This document shows, in pieces, positions 59,601 through 64,000 of a stretch of DNA of 64,000 nucleotides. How positions within the stretch are numbered: position 1 is the stretch's first letter; every line of letters starts with the position of its first letter. Under the pieces are notes generated by a model. The model had not been told where the DNA came from. It worked only from the letters and a program-made list of their open reading frames with translations, and ran no database searches. Origin of the DNA: Tubiluchus corallicola (lineage: Eukaryota; Animalia; Priapulida); contig JAQGDQ010000066.1 in NCBI GenBank assembly GCA_030141605.1, positions 1 to 64,000 on the forward strand. The letters run 5' to 3'. The translations under genes were made by a program, and so were the position numbers.

Positions 59601-61118
59601 TATGCAAAATGTACCAGAAGTTTATTTTAATTTTAACAGAGCACTTTATTAATAATTATTCACATGATTTACCATTACGGTATTAGACAATGTTGAATTT
59701 ATTCGCACATATTTTAAATGCAGCTTGGAATTTGAAAATAGTAATTATCTAGCCTTAGTTTTCACTTAGGCCAAAAATGTTGTAGTACTCATCTTAGCTT
59801 TGAAAGTCGTGACCTTTGTCTTGGTCTTAATTTCCCTTGTCTTCGACACATCTTCGATGTTTACATTATTTAAATTAATACGTGTAATTCAACTGTCATG
59901 TCAGTTTAGAATATGTTTGCAACAAACGAATATAAGACTCACAAAAAGATACAACAAATTTATGGAAACTGATTCCCGACTACTAATCAGTAAAAAAAGA
60001 ATTAATAATTAGAAAAATAAGAAAAAGTGTAGCTAACCTTATTACCTACGTCCTTTCTAAAGCAGAACTTTACGTCTGGTAATGCAGGGCATAAAAGGGC
60101 GCTCAAAAACACTCTTATTACTATATAGTTACCTCCCAACAGAATTTTACTCTGACTGTGTTTTTCCTTACAAATACTTAATATTACTGGTCCCCTCAAA
60201 CACTGTCATACCTTCAATAGTAGAACATTATAAGCATTTTTAAAAGAAATGAAAATTGGAGACACGGTGGGACAGCAAATATACAATGATGATCTGTATG
60301 ATGTGGCGAATAATCCTTAGAGTAAACAAATACAAGTAAGAAGATTGCATTGGATTGGGCAGGCACTAAGATTACCTCAAGAGTCTCCTCTTCCTATAGC
60401 ATTACGTAACACTCTTGAATCGACAAAAAAGCCGAGAGGAAGTCAGTTACTGATGTATATAGATATAATACAAAGATTTAGCAAATACAACTCTAGATTT
60501 GATGATGCATCAATAAGTAATTAAGCAAGCAATTTATTGTCATTATAGCATATAATATAATACATACAATGGAATTTATGTGGTTTTACGTACTGCAATA
60601 ACTTATGGAAACAACAAGGAGATTAACAAACATAATTCAAACAGTTGTACACTGTACAATGACACAGAGAATTAATATTGGAGATTTACTGATATTTACT
60701 GTTGATCAGCATTGATATACTAGTGTTTCTTACTTCAAGGAACAAAAAAAATGAAAAAACAGACAGAACAGTATACTCTGCCCTTGCAGGACTAGTACTT
60801 GTGATGTGGGTCAATGTGTGTAATTGTAAAAGCACCTACGCAGCAAAGTCACATAGGTCGTATGGCTAGCTGTTCCAAGCGGATTGGTTGCAAAACATAC
60901 GTAAGTCCCATGGTCTGATCCGGCAACAGACTCTACAACTAAAGTACCATTGTGCAATATTTTATGGGTGGCATCCTCAGTAACGTTAAATCCATTACGT
61001 GTCCAGTAAAATGAAGGATATGGATTAGCATCAGGCACACACGATATTGAGAACGAACTCCTTCCAACAACATGGATGCTTCCTGGAAGTAAGCCCTTCT
61101 CAAAAGTTGGAGCAAGGC
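44662..61118 (-). CDS. Contactin-like protein, C-terminal half (Ig5, Ig6, four FN3); 5' part not seen in the window
   Basis: Predicted exons: 61118-60840 (Ig5), 57459-57296 and 54957-54831 (Ig6), 53148-~52985, 52425-52412, 51511-51306, 50678-50554, 49803-49694, 48008-47887, 47646-47445, 46147-46035 and 44844-44662. Motifs GPPGVPSGV, GLSPWVTYEIR, YEVKVQAFNDFGSGP, VNSTAMKVEW, GLQPDVEYYFR and YSKGGRGKLS. Confidence 0.88.
46597..47064. mobile_element. pogo/Tigger-type MITE
   Basis: TIR cagtcaacctcggatataggggac / gtcccttatacccgagcttgactg, TA on both sides, and internal (t)cccttata repeats. Confidence 0.85.
52518..52582 (-). mobile_element. Degenerate tRNA-derived sequence (SINE head or tRNA pseudogene)
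   Basis: Minus strand gtcagTAGCTCAAATGatagaacaacttgccatacaagcaagaggttctgctTTCGAATTctc has an A-box, an anticodon-like stem and a B-box remnant. A similar fragment lies at ~52738-52775. Confidence 0.45.
53771..54728. mobile_element. Tc1/mariner-pogo-type MITE (full length)
   Basis: TIR aagtaggcgccgcttaatagactc / gagtctattaagtggcgcctaatg, TA flanks, and subterminal gagtc(a/t)attaa repeats. A second copy lies at 37440-38135. Confidence 0.85.
56960..57130. repeat. Low-complexity degenerate (AGTGATA)n repeat
   Basis: Repeated gtgata/tgatat units. Confidence 0.6.
58010..59135 (-). mobile_element. Fragmented RTE-like LINE
   Basis: KKGPVENLRQIILLGLLKKIL at ~59060-59130 (same family as 63780-63840) and KLQRLRWLGCLLRLPSEAPVR at ~58110-58180. 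Confidence 0.65.
60190..60500 (+). mobile_element. RTE-like LINE 3' fragment
   Basis: IQVRRLHWIGQALRLPQESPLPIALR. Confidence 0.55.
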
Positions 61119-62199
61119 CTAAAATTTAAGCTGATCAAATATTAAAAGTACGTAAAAATTCAACTGTATACATTTAATGCAACGGTAATATGTACACATA
61201 AAAACACAAAGATACAAAAAACTTGAAAATTTCATAGCTGTTATCATATTTCCACTTATTTCTAGATGTGTCCAGACTTGATTCCCATTCGACCTGGATT
61301 CTCCTGGTTTGACAAAGAATTCATTTGTTAATCCGAGAAAAGTTTCTAGTTCACCTAGATGGCTCATGTTCACATCTTCTTAAAATTGAGCAGAAAAATA
61401 GTTCAACATGGTACAAAAATGGTAAACCGTTGCCTAGTTGTCATAAATCGATATCAAATATTGCTTTTAATTACAGCAAATTCATTTCTTCTTGGGATTG
61501 CGTTCCGAATCTTCCCTAGGAGCTTACAGTGCTCCCCTAGATCACCTAACAGCTTACTGACTGGTGCATCTTAGAATGATGGCTAGTTAGGAACCCTACC
61601 GGATGGGTAATATTTGTCATCTGACAAAATCTGCATTCTGTTGGTAATACCCTTAAGCCTTCATGTATGTAGTTCACACTGTATTTATAACTACTTAACC
61701 TTTACATAGGTTTCTGTACATTTTTAATGTGTAACAAATTACGATTATGATAGTACATTGACAGAATTATAGAGTAATTAATGCATTAAATATGTAGCTG
61801 GCAGGTTGCCAGACAGCGTGTGAGCAGTTAGAACCTGTGCATAGTTTAACCAATGGTTTTTCATCCAGGATTCCAAACATCTGTAAGTAATAGATTTGAA
61901 CTAAAACTGCAAAATGTCGCTGTAATTTTTTGTCTCCATTTACTGATTCGAGGACATTTCGTCCGTAGCGACTTAAACCCCGATTCTGACCACTTCTCAA
62001 ACAGCCCTCTTAGAAACAAACAATTGGTTGAATTTTGATAGCAAACTCGACAGACAGAAAATGCGAAAGAGGTGAACACAGCCTGGCTTTGTATAAGGAA
62101 CTTTTTGCTTGCAGTTGCCTTAGACCACTAAGCCATCGTATTCCCCGGTGATCTAGGCAGCCAGAAATTGCTCCCAACTTTAATGACAAGAAATGTGAA

Positions 62200-64000
62200 A
62201 AAGTTGGAATACACTTTGCATTTGAATCAGCAACTTTCAGTTTATAAATATTAGACCACTAGACACCTTAAAAAAGCCACATTTAATTGTAAAGGTTTGA
62301 AATCTGACATAAAGCAGACACACATTGCAAATGACACAGTCTCATACAAAATTGATGTTATTGCTGTACAGGAAATGCACTTAATTGGATCTGCAGTTAT
62401 AAATCTTATTTCTTCAAATGGTACCAAATTTTATTTTCACTATGGTGGAGCAAAAACTTGTAAAGATGGCGGCGTAGGAATAATAATTAAGCAAGGACTT
62501 AAAACCACTTTTTTGGAAATGACGGAAAGGATATGTATGATACAAGTAGATATTAATAACGACAAACATGCAATAGTGTGTGCTTATGCACCTACATTAC
62601 CAGCCAGTGAAAAACATCCTGAGTTGCAAGAGAATTTTTAAAGTGATTTAGATGCAGTCATACAATCAATAAGTAAAAAATATATCCTAAGTTGAGCTGG
62701 AAATTTTAACGCTAAAACAGGTTCAGGATGTTCGCCCTATCCAGACAACATTGGCAAATTCGGTAAAGGACTCATGAATAGGAAAACTTGTTAAATTTTG
62801 TTCAAGGAAATAATTTGATACTAACCAATACAACTTTTCGACACAAAATGGCTCACAAAACAACATAGGAAGCACCTGATAGACAGAATCTAAACAAACC
62901 AATAAGAAACCAGATAGACTACATAATAGTAAGAAGAGAGCACAAAATTTTTTTTACTCATTCTCGTTCATATTCTGGAATACAGACCTTCTCAGATCAT
63001 TGATTAGTTATGGCTAAATACTGGTTTTTAATACTAAATACTAAATATTGGCTAAATAATGGCTAAATACTAAATATATACTGGTTTTTGAAGACTTCTA
63101 AGAAACCCACTGTGCAGAAATTTCAGTTCAGTAAGCTAGAAGGTGAAGAAGTTAAATTAAAATATCAACAAACAGTTGAACATCAACTGATGCAAAAGTG
63201 TGACAATGTCCAACAGCAATGGAATAACATAGTCAATTCATGTATGGAAGCTTTGGAAAACATTCTGGGATATGATAAGACCCACAAATCAAAGAAAGTT
63301 ATCAATGATCCAAGAGGTGAACAGTTCTCCTCTGAGCAAACAAAATCAAATTAAATATTAACATGATGTCAGTATTAAATAAAAAGGAATAAAAAGATGC
63401 AAGAACTAAAAAAACTATTAAACAAATTGAAGAAGACTGCTAAAAAGTATTGAGGAAATAGAGAAAAGTAAAGAAGACTCCACTCGGATGCTTAAAGCTG
63501 TTAGAAACATTAAAAGAAATAAACCGAAAGAAAAAATAATAGTTGAAACTACAAATGGACTTACAACTGATGAAACAGAAGAAATATATTGTGCAATAAA
63601 ATTTTTAAAGATTGGCAAAAGTCCTAGTATTGATAACTTGGTAGTTGAACAACTAAAATATGGACCTAGGTTAGTAAGCACAGGAATTGCTAATTTGTTA
63701 AATGATGTTGCAGAAACGGGAAATTACCCAAAAGAAGTTAAGGAAGGAGTTCTAGTACCATTACCAAAACCAAAGAAGAAAAAAGGACTAGTAGAGAACT
63801 TAAGGCCAATAATTCTGCTAAGTCTGTTGAGGAAAATTTTGGCAATTTCTATTATCAGACACATATACGAGAGACTGAACAACACTATACCAATTATCCA
63901 AACTGCATATAGAGAAGGAAGGAACACTGCAGAATTTATCACGTCTGCAAAAATCTTAGCTGAAAAAGCTATAACGTCAAGTTCTTACTTAAATACTCTG
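62200..64000 (+). mobile_element. Decayed RTE-like LINE (endonuclease plus RT start), running off the window
   Basis: IDVIAVQEMH, GGVGIII, ERIC, AYAPT, GNFNAKTG, NQIDYII, KSPSIDNLVVEQLKYG and LVPLPKP..NLRPIILLS; stops and frameshifts. Confidence 0.85.

Overview
AT-rich, intron-containing animal (invertebrate, probably protostome) genomic DNA with one 5-N assembly gap at 18998-19002. Left of the gap: nested LINE remnants and a minus-strand, secreted EPN/WND C-type lectin gene. One of its introns is occupied by a young, nearly intact 12.9 kb Gypsy/Metaviridae element (5418-18322). That element has 1287-bp LTRs, a tRNA-His PBS, gag, a -1-frameshifted pol, and a probably spliced env resembling class I fusion proteins of the baculovirus-F/errantivirus type. 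Right of the gap: a Gmr1-like Gypsy element (SCAN-like Gag; PR-IN-RT-RH order) inserted into a decayed CR1-like LINE. This is followed by two minus-strand contactin-like gene halves. The downstream half (39290-30011) encodes signal peptide, C-type lectin and Ig1-4. The upstream half (61118-44662) encodes Ig5-6 and four FN3 domains. Introns carry MITEs, RTE-like LINE fragments and microsatellites. All exon boundaries were read by eye and are predictions; no searches were run.
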